A stretch of 64,000 bases of DNA from Epiperipatus broadwayi (lineage: Eukaryota > Animalia > Onychophora): positions 4,836,001 through 4,900,000 of the forward strand of contig JAQFVV010000011.1 in the NCBI GenBank assembly GCA_028023455.1. The letters are read 5' to 3'. Of the stretch, positions 52,290 through 64,000 are shown piece by piece. The position numbers and the translations under genes are program-made. The notes under the pieces were generated by a model, which worked only from the letters and a program-made list of their open reading frames with translations, searched no databases and was not told the DNA's origin. The first letter of the stretch is position 1, and each line of letters begins with the position of its first letter.

Positions 52290-52599
52290 TTGAAAGCAGC
52301 CTCAAAACTAACATATATAATTCTGGTAAATACTGCTTCCCTGATTGAAGAAGTTCCCACACTTAATTAAATATTACCATGAGAAATATTACAGGAACAG
52401 TCAAATATATTTATTTGCAGTGGTTTCCCATTTATTCACATAATCTTAACCAGATATCAGAAGAAAAGTTGAATCACAGAAAATTCTCTAAAAATTGTAC
52501 AAGTTTCAAAAAATGCAAAAAAAAAAAAAAAAAAAAGAATCTGTATTGCACTAACATTAAATGTTCATTATTTTATCATCATTTTTCACTCAATCTTTG

Positions 52600-52800
52600 G
52601 TAGAATAAAAGTTATAGAGTTATTATCTAGTTTCTCTGATGTATAGCTTTTCTTTAGCATTTTCTATCCATATCTCTTTAGCATTTTCTATCCATATCTA
52701 TCCATCTCACAAATGATCTCTTTTTAGGTATTTGCCATCTCTTTGGATTTAGTTTAAGACTTTTAATTGCCCATCTCTATAACTCTGTCTAGCTATATCT
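52600..52800 (-). mobile_element. RTE-like LINE 3' fragment
   Basis: Decayed ARQSYxRWAIKSLKLNPKRWQIPKKRSFVRWID, similar to the RTE C-terminal motif. Confidence 0.45.
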
Positions 52801-54113
52801 TCAAACTAATTTCCTTTTAACATAGTTTTTTTTCAATGATGTCAATGATACATCTTAATTTTTTCACCCATGTATTTTGTTTTAGATACATCACTGATAT
52901 CCCGCTTCCATTAAGTGTTCAAAATACATATTATGAATAAGCAAGCACTGGTAAAACATATTTATTTAAAACACTTTCTTTTTTTGCACATAGGCATATT
53001 TTCTTTTTTAAATTAAGCTGGCGTCTAGCAAGAGCTCCTTATCCCAAGTTAATCAGGTGATTAGTTTTAGCTACTATGTACATGTGCTTGTTCGCAATCT
53101 ACTCAAGATATTAATAATTGCTAATTCTTTCTGAGTCTCTATTAACGTTACTATTTATTTTTTTCTTTTCTGAAAAAGCCACTGAACTTTATTCTTTAAC
53201 ATTTATCAATCAATATTAACTCTTCTTACTTTCATGCAAAAGCAATAACAAAATCTAAACTTAAGTAATTTTTATCTACTTTTATTATCTTAACTCCTAT
53301 TTTAATTCATAAAATATTATTCATAAAACTAATGTAAAAAATTCATATTTCTTCATATCAATGTGAAATTTAAATTATTACTAATGCATTTTCATAAATA
53401 TTTCTTAGAATTGACCAATATTCTGGATCGATGATTTGATGTTCCGAAAGTTTAGATCGCCATTGAAATGCTTTAGAACCAATATGTCTTTGATAATGTA
53501 CAAATCCAGTTCTAATACTAATTCAGACTTGTTGATTCTTTTTTATAAATTATCTTAATCATCATCATCAACAACGATCACTCTCAAATGAGTATGATCA
53601 TTTCAACTCTAAAAGAAAACAATAAAAAGACAATAGTATAACAAGATAATTTTTGTAATGACTGTACAAACTAATCTGTAACCACAAATACGTCCACATA
53701 TAGAACATACTGATCTATTATTCTAGGGTGGTAGTGTGATATTTTACAATGCTGCTTTTTAATTTCTTCTCCAAAAATTTTTTTTCTGAAATATTTCAAC
53801 ACTCCAATCTATTCTAATATTAACCATACTTTGTCAATGAAAACAATCTTGCTTTTCATTAGAATGTCTTTGATATCATCTTTTTAATACAAACATGATA
53901 TACCTTGTACTTATATGTTGGATTATTTCCATCATCTAATATTAAATCATGAATGGCTTTAGAAAGATTTAAAAACTTTATTTAAATTTTCCAATTTATA
54001 TTCAAATATTAGTAATAGCAAACTAATTAACTTTGATCTTAGGAAAAAGTTGAAGAACTTAGGAGGGATCTCATAACATAAGTATATATAAATTTTTGCT
54101 TGCTGTTACATTT

Positions 54114-54195
54114 GGCAGGAATGACTCAGTTGGTTAGAAGGTGACCTTAAAATTCAATGTTTAAGAATCTAGGAGCCCAGGTTCGATTCCCATGC
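54114..54195 (+). mobile_element. tRNA-derived SINE head (different family)
   Basis: A-box-like TGACTCAGTTGG and B-box GGTTCGATTCC. Confidence 0.55.
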
Positions 54196-54419
54196 TAATA
54201 CTGTTCACTGATAAGGCCAGAAACACATGAGGAAGAGAAAAATACCACTTGAAATGTCATATATATATATATAATAACCTGCGTGATATTACTAACCATT
54301 GAATGTAATTGGAAAATTTAAATAAAGGATAAACATTTTTCTAAAGACATTCATGATTTAATATTAGATGATGAAATAGTACAACATATAGGTATATCTA
54401 AAATGCCATCATCACAGAC

Positions 54420-56000
54420 ATTAGTCAACTGTTCTCACAACAATCATACTCAAGTTCACCATAAAACACTGTTTTAGGAAGTCTTATATTGATTATTCAT
54501 TTTACATGTTCAATTCAATGTAAATCTGATTTTACAAGAGTGAACTCTATTGTAGCTCATCCATTAAGTTCAATCATATATTGATTGGTTTTGGAGTCTT
54601 TGTTGCACCTCATCTATTGGCTCACATTTTCAAGTTAATATTCATCTAAGCTAAACTTGAGTTTTTTTAACAATGTTTTTACATATTGCATTCAAAACTA
54701 AGACTATTCTGAAGTTTTTCTTTTGAACTGAGAAAAATAGCGCAATATTTAGCATACTGTAAATTCAGAACCTAAAAAAATGAAGTTTTTATTTTTTAAA
54801 TTCAAATTTAAAATTCCATCATGATATCTGCGTGATATTTTGATCCATTATTTATTAAGCCATCTGTAAATTGTTCTAAAAGTCACAGCCATAAAAATTG
54901 AAAACTTCAATGGAAAAATGGTCATTTTTCTTTAACACCTGTTTCTATTTCATCTACCATGCTATAACCACCTTTAAAACTAGCTTGCTTATTGTGTTTG
55001 TCTTCAATATAATGTTACTTGCAGGTGGATTGTAATGGTGTTAGTTAACTTATATAAAACTAATAGAAAACATAAGTTTGTAATTTCTAATATTTTCTTT
55101 TTCATTTATCATTATATATCAATAATTTATACACGTTTAATCATTTGATATATCTTTATCATTTAGACATTTGGTATATAATTTTGACATTTTCTATATT
55201 TCTTCACATCTTTTAAAACATCTACAATGTTTCTATTGGTTTTCTGAAACTTTTCCATTCTTTATATATTTTATTTGCAAAAGTCATCTCTTTATTTAAA
55301 ATTTAGCAATTAAAAATAACTTATCATAATTGTAGAAACTAATTTGATTTTTGTTCATTTTATATATATATATATATGTTGAATTAAATATTTCCCTGGA
55401 TTGTTATTATAATAAAAAATAAAAATGAAATTATATCCATGTAAACATATATAACTTTTAGCTTTTGATATGACTAAGAAACTGTCAGTTACTATTAATT
55501 GACAATCCCTCAGATGACACAAGTTTTCTCATGAATAGTTTCATAACAGATATTCATCTTTTTTGTGTTGAATCGATTAACATTACAATCTTGAAATACA
55601 TCCTTAGTCAAAATAGAATCCATTTTCTGTTATATTTTCTTATGGGCATTTCTATGTTTATTCTTTGTTTGGATTTTTTTTTTCAGAAAATAAATTCATA
55701 CAATAGTTTTTCTTTGCAAATTCCACAAGTCCATTTCCTCTCTTTCATTTCTGTTCACATAATCAAATTTTCATGTACTTTTCTCTTTCAATTATTTTGC
55801 AATTATGACATTAAAATCTGTTATGATAATTTTAAAATGATATTTTGTTTGGTAAATCTGTTTTATCAGGGTGAGAACTTATTGGGATATAAATTGGGAT
55901 TATTTGCATTTGGCGTCTTGCAATAACTGGAATAATCAATCTTGCCACTGATATGTTATCAATCTCTATGATATTGTTCTTCGATTTTCTTTATTTATAA
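54420..56000 (-). mobile_element. RTE LINE remnants: endonuclease (~55520-56000) and RT C-terminus (~54420-54700)
   Basis: IIITDFNVIIAK...NRNERGNGLVEFA...MDSILT (EN) and IEFTLVKSDLH*IEHVK*IINIRLPKTVFYGEL (RT C-terminus). Confidence 0.75.
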
Positions 56001-56599
56001 TAAATCTCACTCCACTTATTACTTCTAACTGTATTTTTTATAGTAAAATTAACAGAATTACTTCTAAAACCAATCACCTTATCATTTTTCTAATATCACA
56101 AATTCTGACAGTGTCCCATTTATCACCAAATAATTGTTTCAATTCATCTAGTTTCACATGAAAGTGATTCAATGATTATAGATATAAAAATATAAAGGTA
56201 TCAAATAATAGATTATTTTAAAATATATAACTAGTGCAATGCATTTACAAGGGATTTCAAAAGTTCCCATAGTGCTTACATTAATATAAAAAGCATTTAT
56301 AATCTTATGTTTATAATCCTAGTTTGTTTTATTGGCAAGTGCACTGGTAGATGGTTGTGATATGAAGGCATTGAGGTGAGTAATGCATTTGATAAAACCT
56401 AAACATATATATTTCTGCTCTATAATGATTATCAATCCTTCAAAACTGTGTTAAGACTGAAATCAAAATCATTACTACTTTGCACAGAAGTTGTGTGTCA
56501 ACATGGATATAGGCATTTTGGGTATTTTATATCATTAGCAGACCTCAGGAGAAAAAAACATCACATGATCACCATTTACTATGAGTATACAACCTGTTA

Positions 56600-56995
56600 A
56601 AAACAGCAAACTCCATACAGTAGTGTCACCCAGTGCTAGCCTTATTAATCAATGGATGCAATCAAGTTTGTGCATAAAATCCCTATCTCATGCCTACTCT
56701 TCTTATATCATAGACTAGTTTCAAGCTTATGGCTTTCATCAGTGAAGAGCCTTGAATCTGAGAACAGTGCATCTAGATCTTAAGATCTAATGCAACCCTC
56801 CAGCAGCTATCTTTTATCCCTTTAGACAACTATAAAGCTACGAGTCCAAGATGAACTTGGATTGAAAAACTTATATGGGGATATTGGATGAGAAGGCACC
56901 ATATAGGAACATTATGCACAAATCTTCTTGCATCCATTGCTTAGTAAAGCTTACACTGCATGGTAGCACTGTATGGAGAGTTTACTGCTGCACTC
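56600..56995. mobile_element. Family-2 head-to-head pair; minus copy has an intact-core HHR at 56707-56749
   Basis: Minus strand: CTCTTCA-CTGATGA-AAGC cataa GCTT-GAAA-CTAG-TC. The plus copy at ~56850-56990 has a decayed HHR. Confidence 0.85.
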
Positions 56996-57552
56996 ATGGA
57001 AGAAAGTTGTTCATAAAATACGTAGATGAAAAATTGTGAGCAGAGTTTTTGCACTTATGTATAATTGTAAGGGAAGTATTTAATGAAAAAAGAAACTTGA
57101 AAAATACTGAAAGTATTACGTATTTGTGTAAAGAGATCAAATATGACAAATCTACAATGTTCACAGAAAAGTTAACTGGAAGAGAAAAACTGTTTGCTAC
57201 ATTAATTTTTTATTTTAGTAACTCAAAAATATCTTTCGAGTCCTACACATGTAATCTAGTCACAGTATTCCATAATTACAATTTGTTTGCAAGAAACATA
57301 AAATTTAAAACCGTTAATCAAATTGAGGGTTGAACTTTATTCACTATTATGAGAATATCTGGCATAAAAATAACAAAACTGCGAGATGTCAACTAAAATT
57401 TGTGTTCTACCAGCAGTTTCTGAATTTCCAAAAGTGTATGGTACTAAAAGTAAGGAAAAACTTATAAAATTAGAAATAACAGTTAATTAAAAGTATAGTG
57501 CTAGAAGCCATTAATGACAAGGCTAGATACTTCTTGCCTTAACGTTGATGAT

Positions 57553-59148
57553 CAGTGTTTCCCAACCTGTGGCACGCGTACCACTGGTGGTACGCGAGTT
57601 GCTGGTACACGAAAAATAATCAATAATGGCGGACATAAAAAAAAAAAAATTAAATCATACAAATATCATAGAAATGTTTTTTCCTATAATTCATAAAAAT
57701 TATTTGAATTAATAATATTATACAATAAAGTTGTTAATATGTACAGTCGATAACGATCTTTAATGTTAATGATAAAAGTGAAAGTATGATTAAGAAATTA
57801 GATTTTTGGAAACAGTAATATATATATAAGTATCGAAAACAATCGACCGGAAGTAGTCGAAACTCTACATATTTTTTTGTTTGAAAATAAGGTTAGTCTG
57901 TCTCAAGATATACGAGAAAATATAATAGCACATTTAACAGGATTAAAATTGTCTTTCGTGGAATATTTTCCAAAACCCGAAAACACAAATGATAATTTGA
58001 TTTCAAACCCCTTCTATGCAGAAAATTTAGAAAAAGCTACATCATTATCAATAAGCAAATTTAATAGAATTATCATGTGACAGAACTTTACAAGTAGAAT
58101 TCAAACGACACGATCTAATTTTTGGTTAAACATTAAAGATTATGAACAACTTTCTGAGAAAGCTCTTAAATTATTATTATCGTTTACTATTATGGAATTA
58201 GTAGGAAGAGCTTTTTCTTCATATATATTTTTAAAAAATAAGTATCGAAACAGATTGAACGCAGCTGTAGACTTAAGGGGATACTTCGCATCTTTTGAAC
58301 CAAATTTCAAAAAATTATGTTGTTCGAAACAAGCACAAAGATCTCATTAAATTTGATTATGATAAGAAAATATATTAATTGGTTTTTTTATAATTGTGTT
58401 TTTATTAAAACCATTTATTAGTAAACGAATATGACAAAATAGTAGATAAATAATGAGTCGGATCGCAAATCAATCTAAATTATTTAATTTGAAAGAATGT
58501 ATCAGAAAAGGATCATATCCAGAAATTAGACTCTCATTAATTCTTGATCATCTATTGTGGATTACTAGATGTAAGCTAGTATTTAATCATCAAAATTTTA
58601 ATCCTATTAACTTCATGCTGAACAATATAAAGAAAACAAGAACAAGAGATAGCCTGATAACCCCTGAGGTTATTTTTACCATAACTTGGGATATGCTGGA
58701 TTTATCCTCTCCATGGCCCAACCAATAGCAAGATGCTCCAAAAAAGAGAAAACAGACTCAAATTCGGGAAAGCAAATGAAGGAATGAGAAAACACTTTGA
58801 ACAAAATATGTACCAAATAACCTTTAATGTAATAATGTAATCTTTAATAAATTATTTTGGAAAAAATATAAAACTTTGAACAAACTCATACATATAAATA
58901 TGTTACAGTGAGTTTATAATTTCAGTGAGTTTATAATCTGGCATGACGTTTAGGTGTGTTTCAATGTAATTTGTCTCATTATGAGATGTGAATACATACA
59001 TGGTCACCCTATAATATTTATAATGCAAATAAAATAACACACTTGCAATAACAAATTTCACGAAATACAATCATTTTTACGAAGTGGTACAATTTAGCGT
59101 GATATACTACCAAGTGGTACACGAGCCAAAAAAGGTTGGGAAACGCTG
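57553..59148 (+). mobile_element. hAT (Buster/Charlie) deletion derivative with transposase C-terminal remnant
   Basis: TIR CAGTGTTTCCCAACCT / AGGTTGGGAAACGCTG, with subterminal GTGGTAC repeats. Remnant LSCDRTLQVEF...FWLNIKDYEQLSEKALKLLLSF...AFSSYIFLKNKYRNRL. Confidence 0.88.
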
Positions 59149-59565
59149 ATATATATCATTAATGTTTGTGAAAGAAAGTACATATTTACTGTGATTAAAG
59201 TTTTTGTGGCAACAAATATTCAAGTTATAGAGTTTAATAAATTAATTAGGTTTGTCTTTTAGTTAACACTAAACTAAACATGCAGAGATCAGATTCAATT
59301 AAGATAAGTAAGTAGTCGATAATCATGACTACATTTCAGTTTTGTCTTTTTGATATCAATTCAACATTTAATGCTGCACAAGATCCTAATTTTCAATAGA
59401 ATTTCATATGAACAAATTTCAAAATCCTATTTAGCCATCTAAGAAAAGGAAAACATATAATAATGAGAAGAATTGGAATTATTAATATAATTAAACAGTA
59501 ATAACATATTCTCACACTTTACACAATGCAAATGCAATGCTTTATTATTCCATACTCCAAAAATA

Positions 59566-59603
59566 GCTGACAGTTTCGACTATCCAATTGTCTTCCTCAG
59601 AGA
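59566..59603 (-). ncRNA. Family-3 hammerhead, solo copy
   Basis: TCT-CTGAGGA-A-GACAA ttgga TAGTC-GAAA-CTG-TC-AGC. A more decayed copy lies at ~12683-12716. Confidence 0.6.
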
Positions 59604-60009
59604 TATATTACAATAATCTATTATAACAAAATAAATATACAAAACAAAATTTTTAATACTATTGTTAATAAGGTTATCAATCTATCAAATATGAATTTCA
59701 TAATGCTATGATTTGATCAGCACAGTCCCATGCCCGTGACTCAGTAATTTAACTCTATTACTGGTGAACTTTATGCATTTTTTTAATCATAAGCAGATTT
59801 AAAAAAAATTTCAGGTAATCACAAATATGGCAATTTTGCTAGCCAACCAGAATTGGTTAGTATATGGATTATCTAGCTATTATTAACTAGAGGATGAAGT
59901 TGTAAAATTAATTTGGTTAGTCAGAGAGGTCTCAATGAATAAATTGTATTTTGAGATGTACCCCAATACTAGTGGAGAAGATATTATAATTTTACAGGTT
60001 TCTATATGA

Positions 60010-60260
60010 CAGTGTCATCTACTGCAAGACATAGTAATCAATCTAGTGCTTATTCAGCCATAATATCCCAGACTAATGTTTAGCTTATGGTTGTCATCAG
60101 TGAAGAGCCTTGAATCTGGGAGCATTGGTGTCAGCTATAAGCTTGAAACATGTCTGGAAATACTAGCTGAGTTGGCACTAGATATGGATTTAAATGCATA
60201 AACCTTCTGATATTTATTGCTTACTATAGCTTGTATTAGATGACAGTGTCATATGGAGAG
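60010..60260. mobile_element. Family-2 repeat, decayed (HHR 60066-60107 minus) with an inverted fragment
   Basis: CAGTGAAGAGCCTTGAATCTG is identical to 56740-56760. Confidence 0.75.
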
Positions 60261-60703
60261 AATGTAACTACTATTTAAATAGTTTTGCAAGGAAAAAATT
60301 ATGGTTAATGTTTTAATTCTACAGGTCCTGAGACCATGTCTTACCTTTACTGTTGGAATCAAGATTATATTAAATCTAGCATTCAGACCAATCTGATCAG
60401 TTTGATGGAATAAATATTCTAATGAATATGAATAATAGATGTCCTTCATTATGATGAAATGTCCTGCGTGGTTTAATGCAGTGTTAGAGTGATGAATTGC
60501 AGAACTCACAATCTATCGATTGTGCCTCCAGCTCTGACATTCACATTACTTGAACTTCTTATCAATTCTTGAGCTTGTTGCCCCCCCCCCCATTGAACTG
60601 AAGTGAGTTTACTTTATTATAATGTTCCATTTTTTTTTTTTTGTTGTTTAATAATTTGGAATAAATTAAGATATTATATTTAAAATAGAAAAACATACAA
60701 TAT

Positions 60704-61145
60704 TACAAAACTAGCCAAAAAAAACAAAATTTTACTAAAATTCTCTCAAGACCATGGTTTCATGTATTAACAAATAGGCCCTTTCAAATGAAATTCAACA
60801 AAATTCACACAACATATATATAGAAAACAAAAGTCTTCCCATAATTCACCTCAAACATCAAACACATTTAACATCAAAGGATATCTTCATGAGATTGAAG
60901 GCCTCAGATCCACCAGTCTCATTAAGACATCATTTTCTTGAACCAGAGGCTATCAATCTCACGACATTCTTTGAAGTTAAAGGTGATTGGTATATGAAGT
61001 GACTTATGGGAAGGCTATATTGTTTTCTATATATGTGTTGTTTGTATCTTGTTGAATTTTATTTGAGAAGATCTATTTATTAATATATATGAAACCATGG
61101 TCGTGAGAGAATTTTACGTAAAAATGTTTTTTGGCTAGTTTCGTA
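60704..61145. mobile_element. Family-8 inverted-repeat element with decayed HHRs (GAAA-CCATGG-TC) in both arms
   Basis: GACCATGGTTTC at 60750-60761 and GAAACCATGGTC at 61091-61102. Arms are ~130 nt. Confidence 0.7.
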
Positions 61146-61721
61146 TTGTTATATGATTTTCTATTTTATTTATAATTACTAGTATAGCGTTGGGCAGCAT
61201 TTAAATATAATGATTATACAGTTTTAGTTATAATATTCCTTATTATACAGTAAGAGCAATAGACAAACACACATACGTATATTAAACAAACAAATACTAC
61301 AATCATACGTCATTTAAAAGTTTTTTTTTTTTGGCGAAATCAGAATTTCGAAAGTGATTAAAGGTCTTTCAGTGATAAGTGTTTTTCATGACTTCCGAAT
61401 TAAAAAAGAATAAATCTGGATAACCACATTTTTTGTAAGCTATTCATAATTCTATTTTGTTCTAAATACAATTTATTTTTCCATTACTACTTATCATTCA
61501 TACACATTCAAACAATATATATATATATTAAAATAAACTAATTTTAATGTACAGTTAGTTGTAGCCTAAATAGTGACGTATGAAGGCATAGATTGTTACA
61601 TTTATCAGATAAAAGTTAATCTTTGATCATTACAGTAAATCTTTCTCTTATAAATGCGTACTTGCTTTTGATTTGTATTTTCTTTAGTTACAAAAGTTTT
61701 TCATTTTTATAGATCGACACA

Positions 61722-62303
61722 ATGAGTAAATCATTCTTGGAACGTATCGAAGAACTTACAGGTCTTCGACGGCAATATATAGAAATAGGATTGGCCTGTT
61801 TAATGTGCATATATTTGATTTTTGGAGACGGAGCTCGCTTAGTTAGTAATTCAATTGGATTTGTTTACCCGGCTTACGCTTCAGTAGTTGCCATTCAGAG
61901 CAAAGATAACCGAGATCATACTAAATGGTTAACTTATTGGTTAGTATTCGCCTATTTAAATGTAATGGAATTTTTCTCCGAAATAATTCTCTACTGGTGT
62001 CCTTTCTATTGGCTAGCTAAAAGTTTTTTTCTTATTTGGTGTTTCATACCCCATAGTATGAACGGCTCCGTTTATATTTATACGTATTTTATTAGACCAT
62101 TATTTTTAAAATATGGACCTAAAATCGATTCTGTCTTTGAACAATTCAGCGGAACCATCAATAATTTAACCAATCATGCTTTACTTGAAGTTAAAAAAGG
62201 AGTAAATGTGGAAAATCTTATCAACGACCATTTAAATCTTATCAACGACCATATATCTCAGAAAACCCACAATCCTCAATCAAAAACAACACATATGGAA
62301 TAA
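61722..62303 (+). CDS. REEP5: Receptor expression-enhancing protein 5/6-like (TB2/DP1/HVA22, Yop1 family), single coding exon
   Basis: 193 aa. NSIGFVYPAYASVVAIQSKDNRDHTKWLTYWLVFAYLNVMEFF...PFYWLAKSFFLIWCFIP...GSVYIY..FIRPLF is the family signature. AATAAA at ~62319. Confidence 0.93.
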   Translation: MSKSFLERIEELTGLRRQYIEIGLACLMCIYLIFGDGARLVSNSIGFVYPAYASVVAIQSKDNRDHTKWLTYWLVFAYLNVMEFFSEIILYWCPFYWLAKSFFLIWCFIPHSMNGSVYIYTYFIRPLFLKYGPKIDSVFEQFSGTINNLTNHALLEVKKGVNVENLINDHLNLINDHISQKTHNPQSKTTHME

Positions 62304-64000
62304 AATCGTCTTATTTTTAATAAATTTTGAATGAAGTCGTTTTTTAACGACGATGATTTTTTTTTAATTTATTTCAACTTTTTTTTTTTGATAGACATTT
62401 GCAGTCGTCATTGAGACAAAAAAAGAAACATTCTAAGAATTGAATGTTTTAATACATATTTTAAATATACATGAAATAATTATGCGATTTGTCTTTTAAA
62501 ATGTAAGTACTGTTACACTTTATGATTGCTAATAGAGATCGTATTTAATGTAAATTGATAAGATAAATATATTCAACCAAATTATCTCATTCCCTTAATT
62601 AATGAAAATTCGTTTGTCTACTGTAGTGAATTAAATACAATATTATGTTTTATAATTATAGATGTACGTGCTCTTTTATATACCGTATGTCCATGCGCAA
62701 GAAAATTATATTCAAGCAATTAAAAAAAAACTTTTCTCCTTCCCCAATGAAGTTTGTAATTATTATATAACATCTAGACTTCAAAATTAATTATCAATTA
62801 ATTAACAGAATAAACAAAGTACTTTCCAATATATTATCTTGTATGCATATCTTACATAATAAAATGAAACTGAAATTAACTTTATAAGATTTACTATATA
62901 TTAATTTCATAACTACCGCTTCCAATATCTCTTATAGTAATCAGAATATTATTAAACATGGCAGATGGCCATTACTTAATATATTTTATAAAGTTAATTG
63001 CAGTTTTATTATTAATTGTTTAGTTATATGTTGGATTATTTCCATTGTCTGGTTGAGTGATTACTGTTTTTAGAAAAATTCTATATTTTTCCCAATATTT
63101 TTCTTGTTTGTCTGAACATTTATGGTGGTTGCATTTTACCTGTAGTTATATGTTGGATTATTTTCAACATCTAGTTCAGTTATTAATTTATTTATTTTTT
63201 AAAATTGAAGTTTATTTATCTTTTCTAAATGCATCCAACTACCACAAAACACAGTTTAGCATGGGACACAACATTTTGGATAGTAGTATTCTCTCTCCTT
63301 CAGGTATTACTGTCCAATCACTGACAGCTAGAAGAGTAGTTTAACCAATGCACTTTAGATTCATGAATACTGAATTCAACTTATAAAGACTATGTAAACT
63401 CATAACAATAGCAAACAATCCCATAAATCAATCTAGTGTGATAACCCATAATGTTCAGAAACCATTCATTAACTTTATTCATAAAAAGAGGGTGAAGATA
63501 TCAGAACGATTCTGGCAGATGAATATATTGAATTTCTACTAATTAATGCTTTTACCAAAATGGCTTGGTTGCTAGAATTTCACCTTAAATTCAGTATTTA
63601 CAAATACAAAAATAGCAGAATTGATCAGACCAGTAAATACCTGACTGAGGAAGGGAGAAGAAGAAGATCATTAATTATTTACTATCTTTTACATTGCGAA
63701 TGTATTTGGAAACATATAAATAAAGATTGAATTTTTCTAAAAATCTTAATAATTTAAATAGATGATGGAACTAGCGAACATATAACTACAAATAAATGTC
63801 ATTATTAAAATTTTTTGGATATACAATAATATTAAAACAGTAATAAACTCTCTACAGTACTGCCATCTACTGCAAGCCTTAGCAATCAATAGATATAAGA
63901 TTTGTGCTACTGTTTAACTTGTGTAAGCATGGAATTGGTGATCTTGTGACTATTAAATATGTGTATAATAAAGAAGCAGACAGCAAACTATAAAGTTAAA

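Noticed and set aside
55531-55926. 131-aa plus-strand ORF
   Set aside because: It is antisense to a decayed RTE endonuclease, with low-complexity Phe/Ile-rich composition.
84-60260. CRISPR-like array interpretation of the recurring CTGATGAG repeats
   Set aside because: The copies are dispersed, in both orientations and without regular spacers, in a spliced eukaryotic locus with no cas genes.

Overview
AT-rich, CpG-depleted animal (invertebrate-like) genomic DNA. It holds two host genes. The first is the last five coding exons of a chordin-like (CHRDL-type) BMP antagonist on + (3252-43268, with a 20.3 kb intron). The second is an intronless REEP5/Yop1-family ORF (61722-62303). The rest is mobile DNA: Penelope-like element (PLE) remnants with RT and GIY-YIG, RTE LINE fragments, an internally deleted LTR element, hAT and Tigger non-autonomous transposons, and tRNA-Gly-derived SINE-like copies. 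The main unexplained structure is a dense set of minimal type I hammerhead ribozyme (HHR) motifs. About two dozen intact or decayed copies fall into roughly eight unrelated repeat families, mostly in inverted-repeat architectures. Each family has a different self-complementary helix-III insert (UACGUA, CUAG, UCAUGA, CCGG, GCGC, CCAUGG, CG, and quasi-palindromic CUG). This points to a community of PLE-mobilised retrozyme-like RNAs. All alignments, translations and folds were done by eye, no database searches were run, and repeat boundaries are approximate.
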